Shown piece by piece: positions 13,237 through 27,597 of a DNA stretch of 64,000 nucleotides (positions are counted from its first letter, which is position 1; each line of letters starts with the position of its first letter). The stretch lies in assembly GCA_965113315.1 (NCBI GenBank), contig OZ220375.1. One strand, given 5' to 3'. The notes beneath the pieces were generated by a model. The model was not told the origin of the DNA. It saw nothing but the letters and a program-made list of their open reading frames with translations, and made no database searches. Origin of the DNA: Podarcis vaucheri (taxonomy: Eukaryota). The position numbers and the translations under genes were made by a program.

Positions 13237-13820
13237 CTGGGGGTAATTAGAAGAGATGCACAGTAAAATGAAATAAACATTCTGCTTTTGTGAACTTCAG
13301 AAACCATGTAAAATGAACAATTTACAAATTATGGAGACTGAGGACAGTTGAAAGTGAGGGAATCCTGGTTTATCAGAGGCCCTGGGTTTACTTCTGTTCA
13401 GTCTCTGGATGCGACCAACTGCACAGAAATGATCTCAAGTACGTTGTACATAAAACACAGAGGGGAGTTCAGGATTCATTCCAAGCACACAATGACATGA
13501 GAAAGTGGGATACAAAACGATATCCACTATGCATTACTTGGTACAATGAAAAAGGGAGTTGATTCAAAGTGACAATCCTGAATCAGTAGTCTGATGGAGT
13601 GAGTTGAAAACTGATGGCTAACTGAAATGCTGATCCCAAAGGGAAGTGAATGCAAAGTCTCTACCTTTCATAGCATGTGCAGCTGATTTGGGGAGGGGCA
13701 CAAGTACCAGTTCCCGGGCAGTAAAGAAAGTTCCAATGTTTGTTCTGGTCAGATGACACAGAGACCATAAAGAGGAGCCAGAGGTTTCAGCAACAGTAAA
13801 AGTTACAAGTCTGATTTTAC

Positions 13821-13994
13821 CTTGTTTTTGTCCTGCGTATCTACTTCTCCTGGTGCCATGTATTTAAGCAACAAAGCCAAGCACTTCGGACTCTTGTGCC
13901 GTGTAGCTAAATGTAACGGAGTGATTTCTTCCAAATCCTTCTTCATCCAGTTTGCTCTACGAGCAAGTAAAAGCTTCATAAAGCGATAATTTCC
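13821..13994 (-). CDS. INVS: Inversin exon 4 (174 nt) GNYRFMKLLLARRANWMKKDLEEITPLHLATRH...DTQDKNK
   Basis: ttag|GGA acceptor, AAG|gtaaaa donor; phases 0/0. Confidence 0.96.
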
Positions 13995-14496
13995 CTAAGC
14001 AATGTAACGAGGAAGGGGAAGAATAAGGTTAATTTCAATGATTAAAAAGCGTTATGAAACCAACATGTAATAATTTTGAAAAGCAATCATTAGATGTAAT
14101 GGCAATATATAGTTTATAGTCCTGTGGACAAGTGACTAGAATCATAGGATTGTAGAGTTGGAAGGTTACCCTGAGGGTCATTCTGGTCCAACTCCCTGCA
14201 ATGCAGAAATATCAACAAAAGCATCCATGACAGGTGGCCATCCAAACTCTCCTTAAAATCCTCCAATGAAGGAGTCCTCAAGCTTCTGAGGGAGTCTATT
14301 CCACTGTCAAACAGTTCTTACTGTTAGAAAGTTCTTCCTACTGTTTAGTCAGGATCTCCATCCTTGTAACTTGAATCCATTTGTTCGAGTCCTACCCTCT
14401 GGAACAGCAGAAAACAAGCTTCCATGTGACAGCACTTTAGATATTTTAAGATGGCTATCATATAGTTCCTCTCAGTCTTCTTGTCTCCAGGCTAAA

Positions 14497-14862
14497 AAGG
14501 TAAAGGTAAAGGACTGCTGGCAGTTAAGTCCAGTCGTGAATGACTCTGGGGTTGTGGTGCTCATCTCGCTTTACTGGCCGAGGGAGCTGATGTTTGTCCG
14601 CGGAGTTTTTCCGGGTCATGTGGCCAGCATGACTAAGCCGCTTCTGGTGAAACCAGAGCAGCGCACGGAAATGCCGTTTACCTTCCCGCCAGAGTGGTAC
14701 CTATTTATCTACTTGCACTTTGATGTGCTTTCGAACTGTTAGGTTGGCAGGAGCTGGAACCGACCAACAGGAGCTCACCTCGTCGCGGGGATTTGAACCG
14801 CTGACCTTCTGATCAGTAAGCCCTAGGCTCAGTGGTTTAGACCACAGCGCCATCCGCGTCCT
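14497..14862 (-). mobile_element. Sauria SINE inserted in CR1
   Basis: Same head and tail as the 3212 copy; TSD TGTCTCCAGGCTAAA on both sides. Confidence 0.86.
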
Positions 14863-15449
14863 GCCTGTCTCCAGGCTAAACACACCCAACTCCCTCAACC
14901 ATTTTCCCTAAGGCTTGGCCTCAAGACTCTTGATCATCTTGGTAGGCCTCTGTGCACATTCCAGCCTGTCAATATCCTTCTTAAATTATGGCACCCAGAA
15001 TTGGACACAGTACTCTAGGTGTGGTCTGACCAAGGCAGAACAGAGTGGCGCTGTTACTTCCCTTGATCTGGACATTATACTTCTGTTGATGAAGCCTAGA
15101 ATAGCATTAGCTTTTTTTTTGCTGCTGCATCACACTGTTGTCTGATGTTCAGCTTATGGTCTACTACAGTGGTGTCAAAACTTTTTTCAAAGAGGGCCAG
15201 ATTTGATGAAGTGAAGGGCCGTGAGGGCCGACCAAATTGCTGACCTTTTTTCAGGACTGAAGTTGTTGAGTTTTTTGTTTTTTTAAAGGATTTTACCCCA
15301 GGAAAAAAACAACTGCCACAGGGGCCGGATTAAACCAACCAGCAGGCCAGATTAGGCCCCCCCAAACGGACTTTGGACATGCCTGGTCTAGCTTCATAAA
15401 TCACAGATTTGGCAGCTGAATTTCCAGGAAAAAATTGTCATGTGTTTCA

Positions 15450-15960
<511 letters not shown>

Positions 15961-16329
15961 GGCAAAAAAGACCCCGACCTTTAAACCTGCAATAAAGGGA
16001 GGGGGCGGGGCAGGAGGAATAAATATATATTTGTGTGTGTAGACTCTGGCTTGTAGGCTGCCGCGCATGTGCTGAAAAGGCAGCTTTCTTGTGTCAAAAA
16101 AAAGAAAGCGAGAATAAAAGGTGAAGGCTGGCGGCCAGCGGCGGCTACACGGGCCACACGACGAGGTCTGGCGGGCCGGATTCGGCCCGCGGGCCTTGTG
16201 TTTGACACCCGTGGTCTACTAAGACCCTCTAGATCCTTTTCATATGTACTACAGGCAACCCCAAGTCAAAGTAGTAGGTTGTCATTACTTTCTCCTAATC
16301 AGCCAGGATCTAGAGTAACACAGTTTTTA

Positions 16330-17350
16330 GATTATTGCTAGTTTTTGAACAAGTTATCTGTCTAATTCTTTCTTATAGTTTTGTCCTGAGTGTTGAATGG
16401 CTTGCACAAAGTTTACATTTCATCCATTGAAAAAGGTGGCGGGGGGCGGATTTTGAGCCACTTGGTTGGCTAGAGATAAGTGTTTTAAACCTTTCCCACA
16501 TCAGTAATTTCTTAAGATTTTTTTTATCAATGGGGAGTTCATTAATTCAGATAAAAATTCATAACCATAGAAACCACAGTGAATGTTAACTATCACTTAG
16601 TAGGACGTGCTTCCAGTACCATCTTACTCTGGGATATACTTTTAAGAGACTTGATGCTGAATACAGGAAAGTAAGCAACTACTAATGTTTCTCCCCACAG
16701 GTAGCACACTTGCAGAAAGCCTTCGGGCAGGGGTGCCAGCCAAGCAGTACTCAAAATAGAAGAAGGTTTTGCAAAATATATACTGCATCTTGAGAAAGTA
16801 CTCCAGAGGAAATTATTGAATTGGGAAGCCTTACCCATAAATACTTTACCACATGTTAAAATCTAGGAAACCATCTGGTGGTAATTAGATTTATTAACCA
16901 TATATGTGTTCTCCTGAAAATGTTCTATTGAGAGGGATAATACTTGCTTTGAAATTAAATCTAGCTACAGGAATTTGGATAAATTGAATAAATATTCCCA
17001 GAATGAAGCAATTTTCTGAATTAAAGATGAAATGATAAATTCTGTAATTAATTAAAATATTTTTAAAGCAAAGAAACTCTTTTCTAATGTCATTACTAAA
17101 ATCAAACCAAACATAAAACATTTACTTGATAGATGCAAATTCATTACCATGTAAATTAAGAGATGTTCTTTGCTTTCTATTATTATTATTTTTAGTGCAA
17201 GTTTCCAAAATTATAGAGCCTCATCAACACAAAATGTTTCCATACTTTGAAATAAGAGTTTTCTTGTTGAATATTTTTGTTAAGAAAATGACAGATAAAT
17301 AAATAGATGGATAATATAAAGAGAAAAAGTGAAATTAAAAATCGAATCTG
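16330..17350 (-). mobile_element. Probable degraded L1-like LINE ORF2 fragment
   Basis: AT-rich with decayed coding-like bias; no intact ORF; boundaries uncertain. Confidence 0.3.
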
Positions 17351-17837
17351 TCTATCAGTTCTTCCTTCAAGGAGAACCATGCAGTGAGGAGATTATAATA
17401 GGATATTATCTTAAGCAGGGGACTGGAATTATTTTACCCTTCAAGTCAATAGGCATCTATTTGAGGGAGGGTGACCCTTCAGCTACAGAACTGTCAATGT
17501 TGCTTTGGGGGTGAATGTGAGTTTCCATAGATATAGAACAAAAAAGGATTATAGATTGTGGAAGTATTCCCACTGATTTCAGTTTAACTTTTGAATAAGC
17601 ATGATAGGAATTACAAAATTAATTTACTGATTTTTAAATACACTCAGTGGAATTAATAAAATAGTACATAATTATATTTTTAACAATAATGGGAAGAATA
17701 GTAAAGAAGACTGAATTGTTCTTGTTCAGTCTGATATAACATCTTGGGAATTACCTAAGTAACAAAGTAATTCAGTGCCTAAGTAACTAAGTGTAGATAT
17801 AGTTCCCAAACATTATCTACACTAATAATATAATATA

Positions 17838-18296
17838 GAAGATCTACACTGGCTCCTAGTATGTTTCTGAGCACAATTCAAAGTGTTGGTGCTGACCTTT
17901 AAAGCCCTAAATGGCCTCAGCCCAGTACGCCCGAAGGAGCGTCTCCACCTCCATCGTTCTACCCGGACACTGAGGTCCAGCGCCGAGGGCCTTCTGACGG
18001 TTCTCTCATTGCGAGAAGCCAAGTTACAGGGAACCAGGCAGAGGGCCTTCTCGGTGGTGGCGCCTGCCCCGTGGAATGCCCTCCCATCAGATGTCAAGGA
18101 AATAAACAACTACCTGACTTTTATAAGACATCTAAAGGCAGCCCTGTTTAGGGAAGTTTTTAGTGTTTGATGTTTTATCATGTTTTTAAAATTCAATTCG
18201 GAGCTTCCCAGAGTGGCTGGGGAAACCCAGCCAGATGGGTAGGGTATAAATAATTATGATTGTTAAAATTATTATTAATTATCATCATCATCATCA
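17838..18296 (+). mobile_element. L2-clade LINE 3' fragment
   Basis: ORF 17883..18170 (VLTFKALNGL..RAFSVVAP..WNALP..HLKAALF), 3'UTR, TTA/TCA tail. Confidence 0.82.
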
Positions 18297-20149
18297 GAGT
18301 ATCGGAGCAGGACCTGGGAGCCCAGGATACAAATCCCCATGCGTTCATTAAGTTTCATGGGTGACACTGGGTGAGTCACAAACAGGGTCAATGGGAAGGG
18401 GGGGGGGAATCATATACATCACCTTCACCTCCTTGGAGGAAAAGTGGGGTATGAATGCAATAATAAATAAATGAACATACCAAGCCTCAAACAGACTATC
18501 AATCTGGATAGCCAGAGCCCCTGAAACTGGAGTTTGAGACAGCTTCTCCTCCAGGCAAATTCCTCTGGGAAACCTGCCCCAGTTACAACAGGGTCCTCAT
18601 CTTCCCCAGGGCCTGACTAAAGCCACTCTAAGGCGTTTGTTATATCGGATGGACTTCCACTGACACGTCATGTGTGAATGCGTGAATAGAGATGATTGTG
18701 GAAAGCCATCTGATTCAATGGGCATCTGCTTGAAAATGTGTATAACCAACAACTGTTGACTTAGAGTCACACATTACTACAAATGTTTTCTGGTTTCATT
18801 TGTACAGTACAACCCTCACCCTTCATGCACAGAAACAAATGCTACAGGATAAATGTTTGGTCATTTCTGGTGATCGGTTTATTTCAAAGAAATTATTTTT
18901 CAAATCCGTATACTGCTGTTCTGGCGCAGATATTGGTGCTTACTTCTGAATACAACTGAAAACGTACCCTGTAGTTACTTATTGATAGCATATTATTGGT
19001 GTGGTTGTTCCTGAAAATGATCTCATTTGCCCATCTTTATGCTTAGAGTTTAGTGAAAGCCACACTGTAGGTCACTGAAGGTGCATGCATGTTTAAATTC
19101 ACCACAAACTAAGTATGTTTAGAGGTGAGTGACAAGTTGCCAGCATCTTCTCTGTTACTGTGGGATTTTATGAAGCCAATGCTTTTTCCCTCGACAGAAC
19201 TGATATAACAAACACTATGGCCTTTTATAAGGCCGATAGAATATAGGACCTTATAAACTAAATCAGTGATGTCACATGTCAATTTAATAGTGAATATGAT
19301 TGAATTAGATAACTAGTAGAATTGTAAAGCACCTTCTTTAACATAAATTGCTGCTTAGTGAAAGCATTCCATGTGTGGCTAATCCTTTTCAAGTCAATGA
19401 TGGTGGACCTATGGTAAATCTTAAGGAAAGTGCCCTTTTGGCAATGTCACCTTCACCATCCAGGACACCAAAGACAGAACTCTCAGCATACAAAAGAAAG
19501 CTCAGCTGAAAGGCAATTTTATTAGTCACTTTCCAAGTTTAAAGAGTTTGTCCGTCTGGCAAAGCAACCTAGGCAGCAAACCAGCCAAGAACATCTGCGA
19601 CTTGGAACCCATTCTGGTGATCAACTGTGGTTTCACTGAAAGCAAGGCAGCATGCTTAGTTGCTCTATGGCTGAAATGTTACAACATTTCTTCTACAAAT
19701 GCCCACTGAAACCTTAGCTTTGTTCAGTTAGTTTCCATAGGAATAAGCTGAACTATCAAGTGGTGCACCGTGAAAGGGTACATGTACAAGCACAGTAAAA
19801 ATGAGAGGAAAGAGGCCCCTTCTCCGTCTACTTTTCCTCTTTAAACTGAACCTTTGACTTTTGAGCTCACTGAGCACAACTGGTGCAAGATTTCCTTGCT
19901 CTGCTTGTTGTACAAAAGCATGTGCTGAAATTCATCGGAAACAATTGACTGCTTTCAGTTCAATTCTCTAGCATAACGCGTAAAATGTTTTCATTTCCAA
20001 GTCATTTTAGGTGCTGTTAATAGTGATTTTAGTAGGTTTCCTCCATTACTCTTTTAGATCAGTTTCAGGCAGAAGCTTCTAAAAACAATTAATCTTGCAT
20101 GAATTTAAGACACAAGATAAAACACACATCCACTTACACATAAACACTT

Positions 20150-21400
20150 ACAGCAGCTTCTATTGAAATCTGATTCAGAATTATTTCGAGCTAGTATCAT
20201 ACATGGGCTTATTACAAGGCTGACCCGAAGAGAGGGACGACTCAAGACCATTTTGTTGCAGTAGTAAATACACATCACGTTGCCTATTTTTTGCTATGGC
20301 AATAGCTTCTGAGCGTATCACTCAGTATCACTGGGCTCAACATATATACTGGAGGTTTTCCAAGCAGCAATGATCTTTATACACTTTGGAGCACTGACAA
20401 TACTTGTCCCTATGCCAAAATAATTAGCTTATATATAGCTTAGTGATTTAGGTAGCTATGCGGTAAACTAGGGAGGATATACTGGAGCACTCATTTCCCA
20501 AAAGTGGCTTCTTCCAAGGCATATAAGTCTACGAATGTTTTTTCTGTGGCCCATGTGACCTACAGTTCTCATGATAGAAGCAGCTTATTCAGTTGAGTGT
20601 GCTGTGAAGTGTATTGGAGTGGCTAAGTGGAGTGCCAATGTAAGTCTTGATCCATGTGGATAGAAAAGAATTAGATACTTTCTTCCTCATGGTAGAGAAG
20701 TGAATGGAGACAAACAGTAGCGGTTTGTTTAATGACCTGAGCGTGGGAGATGTAGATGTAGGTCCTCTTTGATGTCCAAGCCCACTTCATAAGAGTGGGA
20801 TGGTTTGAGGGAAAGGTAAGATCATTTATTAAGCCATACAGAAGACCTTGCGGATAAAGATTAAGTCTGGGTGAAAAATTACTTAAGCACTGTGGAAAAT
20901 GGAACGGTAGTCTTTGACAGAGAAATCACTGCATTCTGAAACCCTCTGTGTGGTGGAGATGGCTGCTAGGAAAACCACTTTTAAAGAAAGAATCTGGAGT
21001 GAAGCCATATGAGGGGTTTAAAGGGTGACTTTCGTAGTGCTTGGAGAATTTTGTGGAGATTCCAGAATGGGAAACTGTGGATTATAGGTGCATGCAAGAG
21101 AGTTGTTTGTTGCAAAAATATCTTAAGTAGAAGCTGTCTCCTGATGGGCAGATGCACAGTTTTGACAGAGCTAGTAAACTGTATAAGCTAATAAAAATAT
21201 TTTCCCAGTTGTGTTATTTTAGCATGCAGCCAGAAAGTTTTTCTACCGATATTCAAGTACCAAGAGCCAGATCAGTTTTAGCTAAGGGACAGTCAGAGGA
21301 ATTCATCTCCAAGAGGAGGATTGCATGCAACATGATCAAAGAAATAACAGGAGTAGTTCTAGCAGTACTGAGTCTGAAACCTTTCAAGTAAACACAACGT
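20150..21400 (-). mobile_element. Probable old L1-like ORF2 C-terminal remnant
   Basis: Minus-strand fragments ICLGRSHFWEM and IIAAWKTS resemble the L1 ORF2 C-terminus; heavily decayed. Confidence 0.35.
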
Positions 21401-21922
21401 CTCTAACAAGATAATCTATTTTTCAGACATGCACAGGTACAGGGTAGCACTATAAATATCAGGAGATTCAAAAATTTTACAAGTCAATGACTCAATAGTG
21501 ATATATTTCAGAAGTACAGCCCTTGGTGACGGTAGTGGCTTAGAGGACTCCCAGATGAATGGGTGTAGAGAAAACAGGCAGGTTTCATTTTTATTGATAT
21601 AATATTTTGGACAAGGGAATTAAGCCATTGACATAAGACTTTAACATTAATTTTCATGCATTCGGAGGGCCCTTAAAAACTAATGTTTTAAAATGTCATT
21701 ACTTTAGAACATCATTGTCCATTGGTTACAGAATCTGTAGGGAATCTACTGCAATTAGATTAACTAAAGAGGTTACCTGAATGCAAGGCAAGGCTACATG
21801 CTGCCAATAAGCACAGAATTCCCAATGGTATGTTTTCTTTGTTAAGCAAGTGGAAATTCAGAAGACATCTCCAAATGAGAAACATGGAGGGTGTAGAAAG
21901 GTGTTTAATCCTTCCCTTGGAA

Positions 21923-22060
21923 CAGCCTTTCTCAACCTGTGGGTCCCCAGATGTTGTTGAACTACAACTCCCATCACCCCTAGCTAGCAAGGCCAGAGCT
22001 CAGGGATGATGGGAGTTGTAGTCCAACAATATCTGGGAACCCACAGGTTCAGAACCACCG
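21923..22060. mobile_element. MER5-like hAT-Charlie hairpin MITE
   Basis: Near-palindromic body; 8-bp TSD CCTTGGAA / CCTTAGAA. Confidence 0.82.
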
Positions 22061-22503
22061 CCTTAGAAGATGGCCACAAAAGGAAATGTCCAGAGCATGA
22101 ACCTCCATCATCTGCGCATAGCTTGGGTATCCCAACACCTGTAGTACCAGGGACTATCTTGGGCAGCTGTGTGCACATGTACATACATAATACTTATTTA
22201 TCTGGGTTGACAAAATCCTTTGAGCCGCTTGAAAACTGTTGAAGATGGTGCTTCTAAAGTCCTTAAACTGACATATAGGCAAGACCTTCAAAATCTGCCT
22301 TTAAATGGAAATATGTTTAAAAAGGGAGCGGGTGGCGCTGTGGTCTAAACCATTGAGCCTCTTGGGCTTGATGACTGGAAGGTCAGTGGTTCAAATTCCC
22401 ATGACGGGGTGAGCTCTGTTCCAGCTTCTGCCAACCTAGTAGTTCGAAAGCACACCAGTGCAAGTTAGATAAATATGTACTGCACTGCTATGGCGGGAAC
22501 GTA

Positions 22504-22505
<2 letters not shown>

Positions 22506-22550
<45 letters not shown>

Positions 22551-24012
22551 TAAAAATTTTATTTATATCCCGCCCTCCCCAGCCGAAGCCGGGCTCAGGG
22601 CGGCTAACAACACTAAAATAGTGCAACATTATAAAACATCATAAGAATTAATTAAAATCAAAATTGATGGCAACCATAAACTAAAGTATTGTAAAGATTG
22701 CCAAAGGAGGGAGTCAGGCTGTGCCATAACCAAAGGCCTGGTGGAATAGCTCTGTCTTGCAGGCCCTGCGGAAAGATGTCAAGTCCTGCAGGGCCCTTGT
22801 CTCTTGTGACAGAGCGTTCCACCAGGTTGGAGCCGCAGCCGAAAAAGCCCTGGCTCTAGTTGAGGCCAGCCTAACCTCTCTGTGGCCTGGGACCTTCAAG
22901 ATGTTTTTATTTGAGGACCGTAAGTTCCTCTGTGGGGCATACCAGGAGAGGCGGTCCCGTAGATACGAGGGTCCTAGGCCGTGTAGGGCTTTGAAGGTTA
23001 AAACCAGCACCTTAAACCTGATCCTGTACTCCACCGGGAGCCAGTGCAGCTGGTATAGCACCGGATGAATGTGATCCCGCAGCGAAGACCCCGTAAGGAG
23101 TCTCGCTGCGGCATTCTGCACCCGCTGGAGTTTCTGGGTCAGTCTCAAGGGCAGCCCCACGTAGAGCGAGTTACAATAATCCAGTCTGGAGGTGACCGTC
23201 GCGTGGATCACAGTGGCTAGGTCAGGGCGAGAGAGGTAAGGAGCCAACTGCTTAGCTTGGCGGAGATGAAAAAATGCCGCCTTTGTTATAGCTGCAATCT
23301 GCGCCTCCATGGAGAGGGAGGTATCGAAGATTACACCCAAACTCTTAACGGACGGTGCTGGCACTAATTGCACCCCCACAAGAGATGGGAGTTGCCCCCT
23401 CAATCCCATATCGTCCCGTCCCAGCCAGAGGACCTCTGTCTTCGAAGGATTTAACTTCAACCGGCTCCCACGTAACCATCCAGCCACAGCTTCCAAACAT
23501 CTGATCAGTGTGTCTGGGGCCGAGTCAGGATGGCCATCCATCAACAGATAGAGTTGGGTGTCATCAGCATACTGATGGCAGCCCAGCCCAAAACTCCGGA
23601 CAAGCTGGGCGAGGGGGCGCATAAAGATGTTAAAAAGCATCAGGGAGAGAATCGCACCCTGAGGCACTCCACACACCAAGGAGTGGCGGGATGACAGTTC
23701 CCCCCCAAGCGCCACCCTCTGTCCCCGACCAGAGAGAAACGAGCGCAGCCATTGAAGGACTGTGCCCTGGATCCCCACGTCGGCGAGGCGGTGGTCCAGA
23801 AGTTCGTGATCAACCATGTCGAAAGCTGCTGACAGATCTAGAAGAATCAGCAGCCCCGACCCGCCTCAATCCAGCTGTCTACAAAGATCATCTGTTAGGG
23901 CGACCAGAGCCGTCTCGGTCCCATGACCAGCGCGGAAGCCGGACTGGAATGGATCCAGAGCCGATGTTTCATCCAGAAACCTACCAAGCTGTTCAGCAAC
24001 CGCTCTCTCAAT
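22506..24012 (-). mobile_element. Young 5'-truncated L2-clade LINE with (TTA)n tail
   Basis: RT ORF 22714..23817 plus frameshifted upstream part 23866..~24010 (DPFQSGFR..HGTETAL). Confidence 0.9.
22714..23817 (-). CDS. L2 ORF2 reverse-transcriptase C-terminal part (367 aa, stop-free)
   Basis: GVPQGAILS, QYADDTQLY, LKLNPSKTE, SRLDYCNS, LHWLPV motifs. Confidence 0.8.
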   Translation of the reverse strand: MVDHELLDHRLADVGIQGTVLQWLRSFLSGRGQRVALGGELSSRHSLVCGVPQGAILSLMLFNIFMRPLAQLVRSFGLGCHQYADDTQLYLLMDGHPDSAPDTLIRCLEAVAGWLRGSRLKLNPSKTEVLWLGRDDMGLRGQLPSLVGVQLVPAPSVKSLGVIFDTSLSMEAQIAAITKAAFFHLRQAKQLAPYLSRPDLATVIHATVTSRLDYCNSLYVGLPLRLTQKLQRVQNAAARLLTGSSLRDHIHPVLYQLHWLPVEYRIRFKVLVLTFKALHGLGPSYLRDRLSWYAPQRNLRSSNKNILKVPGHREVRLASTRARAFSAAAPTWWNALSQETRALQDLTSFRRACKTELFHQAFGYGTA

Positions 24013-25183
24013 CGCCATTTCTGTGTGCTCTGGCTTCTGTCGCGCCAGAAGCGATTTAGTCATGCTGGCCACATGACCCAGAAAGGTGTCTGTGGACATA
24101 TGCCGGCTCCCTCGGCCTGAAGCGAGGTGAGCGCCACACCCCATAGTCGCCTTTGACTGGACTTAACTGTCCAGGGGTCCTTTACCTTTTACCTTTATAT
24201 TTAAATGGTCTTTTCCCCCCTCAAAGCAACTGCATGGGTTTTGTCAAGCAATAGTTTGCATTAAGGCTTCATGATCATGCAACAAATTGTAATGAAACAC
24301 TGCACTGATCTTCTGTTAGGGTTGTATCTAATGATAGTCCTACTCAGAATACATCCACTAAAATTAACAGACATTACTAACTTAGGTTTTTAAATTTCAG
24401 TGCTATATTCGAGGAGGACTGTACCACACCCTGTACTAGGTCTCTATCGTCAGCCGATAATTTTCAACAAAATGGACTTGGTAAAGGCAAATAAAATTTT
24501 AAAAAGCATATTGAGGGGAGACTTCTTAATACCTTTTAAATGGAAAAGCTGGTTTTAAAATTATACCTTTCTTAATGGAATATCTCCTGACTGAATTCCA
24601 TGAAAACCATAAGAAATCTTTCTTCAAAGAATATCAAATGGGTAAAAAAAGAAAAAGAAATGTTTCAACTACCAAAATGATGCAATGGTGAATTCTATAT
24701 GTATTTCATAGGAGCACACTGAAGTTCTGGGCATGCATTATTACTGCTGAGATCCCTTTAAATAATTATTATTTACAAAAATATTGTAGTTCTTTCTGAA
24801 ACATCTCCTTCCTTTATGGTTGGTTTTAATATCTTTCAAGTTGAAAACTTTCAAATTTATATAACCTCCATCTGACTAGTTAAAATTGCTTTTACTTAAG
24901 ATATAAATAATCAGCCAGAACTTGTATTATGTTACCAGCAGAGTTTCCTACCAAAAAAAGAGAGTATCATTTCAAGTTACACAGGTTCATTAACTACATG
25001 GACGTATAATTAAACAACAGCAAAAAAGAGGTCAAAGCATACATTAACCTATTTTACTTCCCCCATCTATTACATTTTCAAAAGCTTCTGTATGACTTCA
25101 CTCTGCAAGCTGTGAAAGACCAACCATCCACCTTCTTTTCAGTATGAATAAGGTTGACACCTGACAGCTTCACATAGCTGACA

Positions 25184-25331
25184 NNNNNNNNNNNNNNNNN
25201 NNNNNNNNNNNNNNNNNNNNNNNNNNNNNNNNNNNNNNNNNNNNNNNNNNNNNNNNNNNNNNNNNNNNNNNNNNNNNNNNNNNNNNNNNNNNNNNNNNNN
25301 NNNNNNNNNNNNNNNNNNNNNNNNNNNNNNN
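25184..25331. other. Assembly gap (148 N)
   Basis: Run of N. Confidence 0.99.
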
Positions 25332-26612
25332 TCTGACAGAAGCAAACCTCCCAAATTAGACAGCACTTTATCTGCCCTGGAGGCCAAATGGCACAACAAG
25401 TAAAGGCTAATAAATGGTATAAAAATGAACAAATCATAACATTATGACAGGTTGATCGTTGCCAGTAGTTTCACAACTCAAGCTTGACGCTCTGCTAGAC
25501 CCGCTCCTTCTTTTCTCTCTTCCAATTGTGCTCCAACTTTGACTGAATTAAAGGCCAGAACAATTAAGGCATTTGACCAGCAAGGGTAAGCTGGAATGGA
25601 AGTATTGCCAGGGGACACAGATGTCAATAGCAGACTACCCATTTGTCAATACAAACATTCGAGACATGCAAATGCTGATGTCCTGGTTCTCCACTAGGTT
25701 GCACTGATGCCCTTCATAAACAGCTCAAATGGGAACTGATGAAATTAACTTCCCAGACTTGTAATTTTCTGTTAAGAGGAGGATTTTTAGGAATATAAAA
25801 CAGAGTTTTCATTAAAGACAGTGCAAAACTATTTATAAAAAGAAATATTTCTGACTCTTTATAGTTGCACAGTAAAATCTGTGTCATAAATGTTTTCTTA
25901 AAGCCCGAGAAGAAGGATTTATGTATTAAGAATGACATGATAAATTTAACTGTCACAATAAATGACAAAGAAAGCTTGACTATTCTAGGGTTCTCATACC
26001 GTGCTCCTATAGAGCAATCCTATACAGTGTCTACTAAGAAGAAAGTGCCCTGGGTTCAATGGGACCTATTTGCAGGTCTATAGGATTCCAGCCCTAATTT
26101 CTTTTTTTGGAATATTTTACTCAAGAAATTAGCAATTTAAAATGTTTTAGCTGCTGCTTCCTCCTCAACAATACTTATGTTTATAATGTTTAGACTTCAA
26201 AGAGTTACTTTAGACACATCCAAGTGTTTTAGCATATCTAGTAGGATTTTCTGGCTTTTTCCTTAAACATCAGACCCTTATGCCCCATCACAAATGGCTT
26301 CTGGTATCAGTTTCACAAACTGTTTGCCACTGACTGGGTTCAGTCAACACTTAAGGATCTTAATATCCTGCATTTCTCTTCCCCACTTGTTCTCTAAACG
26401 GGCACATATAGCCCCAGAGACCAAACTTAAAACTGACCAATTATGAATTCTAAGTTATTTAAGAAAAAAACCCTGTGTTGGTACTACAGTGAACAAAAAA
26501 TCACCACCAGGGAACTTGCATTCAATAGATAATGTAGGGATGGTGGGAGAGTGAGGGTAGGTTGCTGTGGAGCTGCAGGAGAAGGCAGGCATGGGATATA
26601 GCTCAAGAAATA

Positions 26613-27142
26613 CCATATTTTTCGCTCTATAGGACACACTTTCTCCCCTCCAAAAATTAAGGGGAAATGTGTGTGCGTCCTATGGAGCAAATGCAGGCTC
26701 CTTGACTTCAGCGATACCAACGTGAAGCCTCCGAAGCGCAGAGGGAGCGCTCCCTCCGTGCTCCGGAGGCTTCGCGTTGCTTTCGCTGAAGCCGGGAGAG
26801 CGAGAGGGGTCGGTGCGCACCAACCCCTCTCGCTCTCCAGGCTTCAGGGATAGCTGCCTGAAGCCTCCGGAGCGCAGCGGGAACTCACTCTGTGCTCCGA
26901 AGGCTTCGGGTTCCTTTTGCTGAAGCCAGGAGAGCAAGACTCTCCTGGCTCCAGCAGAGAGGGAGAGCTGCGCAGCGCCCCTTCAGCCAAGCGGGAGGAG
27001 AAATGGAAGGGGCTCCGTTTCTCCTTCCGCTTCGCTGAAGGGGCGCTGAGCAGAGAGGGGGAGATTTTTTCCCCCTTGTTCTCCCCCTCTAAAACAAGGT
27101 GCGTCCTATGGTCAGGTGTGTCCTATAGAGCGAAAAATAGGG
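26613..27142. mobile_element. Tc2/pogo-like MITE with GC-rich internal repeats
   Basis: TIRs CCATATTTTTCGCTCTATAGGAC / GTCCTATAGAGCGAAAAATAGGG; TA flanks. Confidence 0.78.
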
Positions 27143-27272
27143 TACTTTTCTAAACTAGCACTTTCTGAGTACAAAAAGAAAGAAGTGACTCAACAGGGGG
27201 AAGGATTCATTTCTTTCTAGGCATGGAAGAAGACAAACAAAAAACAGTGGAAACTGGAAATGCCCTCACTAT

Positions 27273-27597
27273 CAGGGCTGGCACACCCGTGAGAAAAGGT
27301 GAGGCAACCACCTCAGATGGCAGGATCTGCAGGGGCAGCAGATCTGACCTCCAAGGAATGCATCAACCGCTGCTGCCACCGCCACCGGAACAGCAATGGC
27401 TGCAGTGTACTCCGTGAAGGCTAGATATGCCACTTCCTCAGCAACCCCCCAATGCCACCTCTACAGCGGGTTCTTGGCAAATGGAAGGTGCTTCTTATCT
27501 CCTCCCACCCTTCTTCCCAATGTAGACCTTCCCTGGCAGGGCGATGGCATCACTTTGTGGTTTGCCTCAGGTGCCAAAATATCCTGATTTAGCCCTG
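27273..27597. mobile_element. hAT-type MITE (related pieces at ~8748 and ~46860-47042)
   Basis: Ends CAGGGCT / AGCCCTG; 7/8 TSD CTCACTAT / CTCCCTAT. Confidence 0.68.

Larger units (their letters stand above)
22323..24197 (+). mobile_element. Sauria SINE split into head (22323-~22505) and tail (~24013-24197) by an L2 insertion
   Basis: Head GGGAGCGGGTGGCGCTG...GGCGGGAACGTAAA; body resumes at ~24013 and ends in ACCTTT tail. Confidence 0.8.

Noticed and set aside
25078-25437. ORFs spanning the N run
   Set aside because: Artefact of the assembly gap
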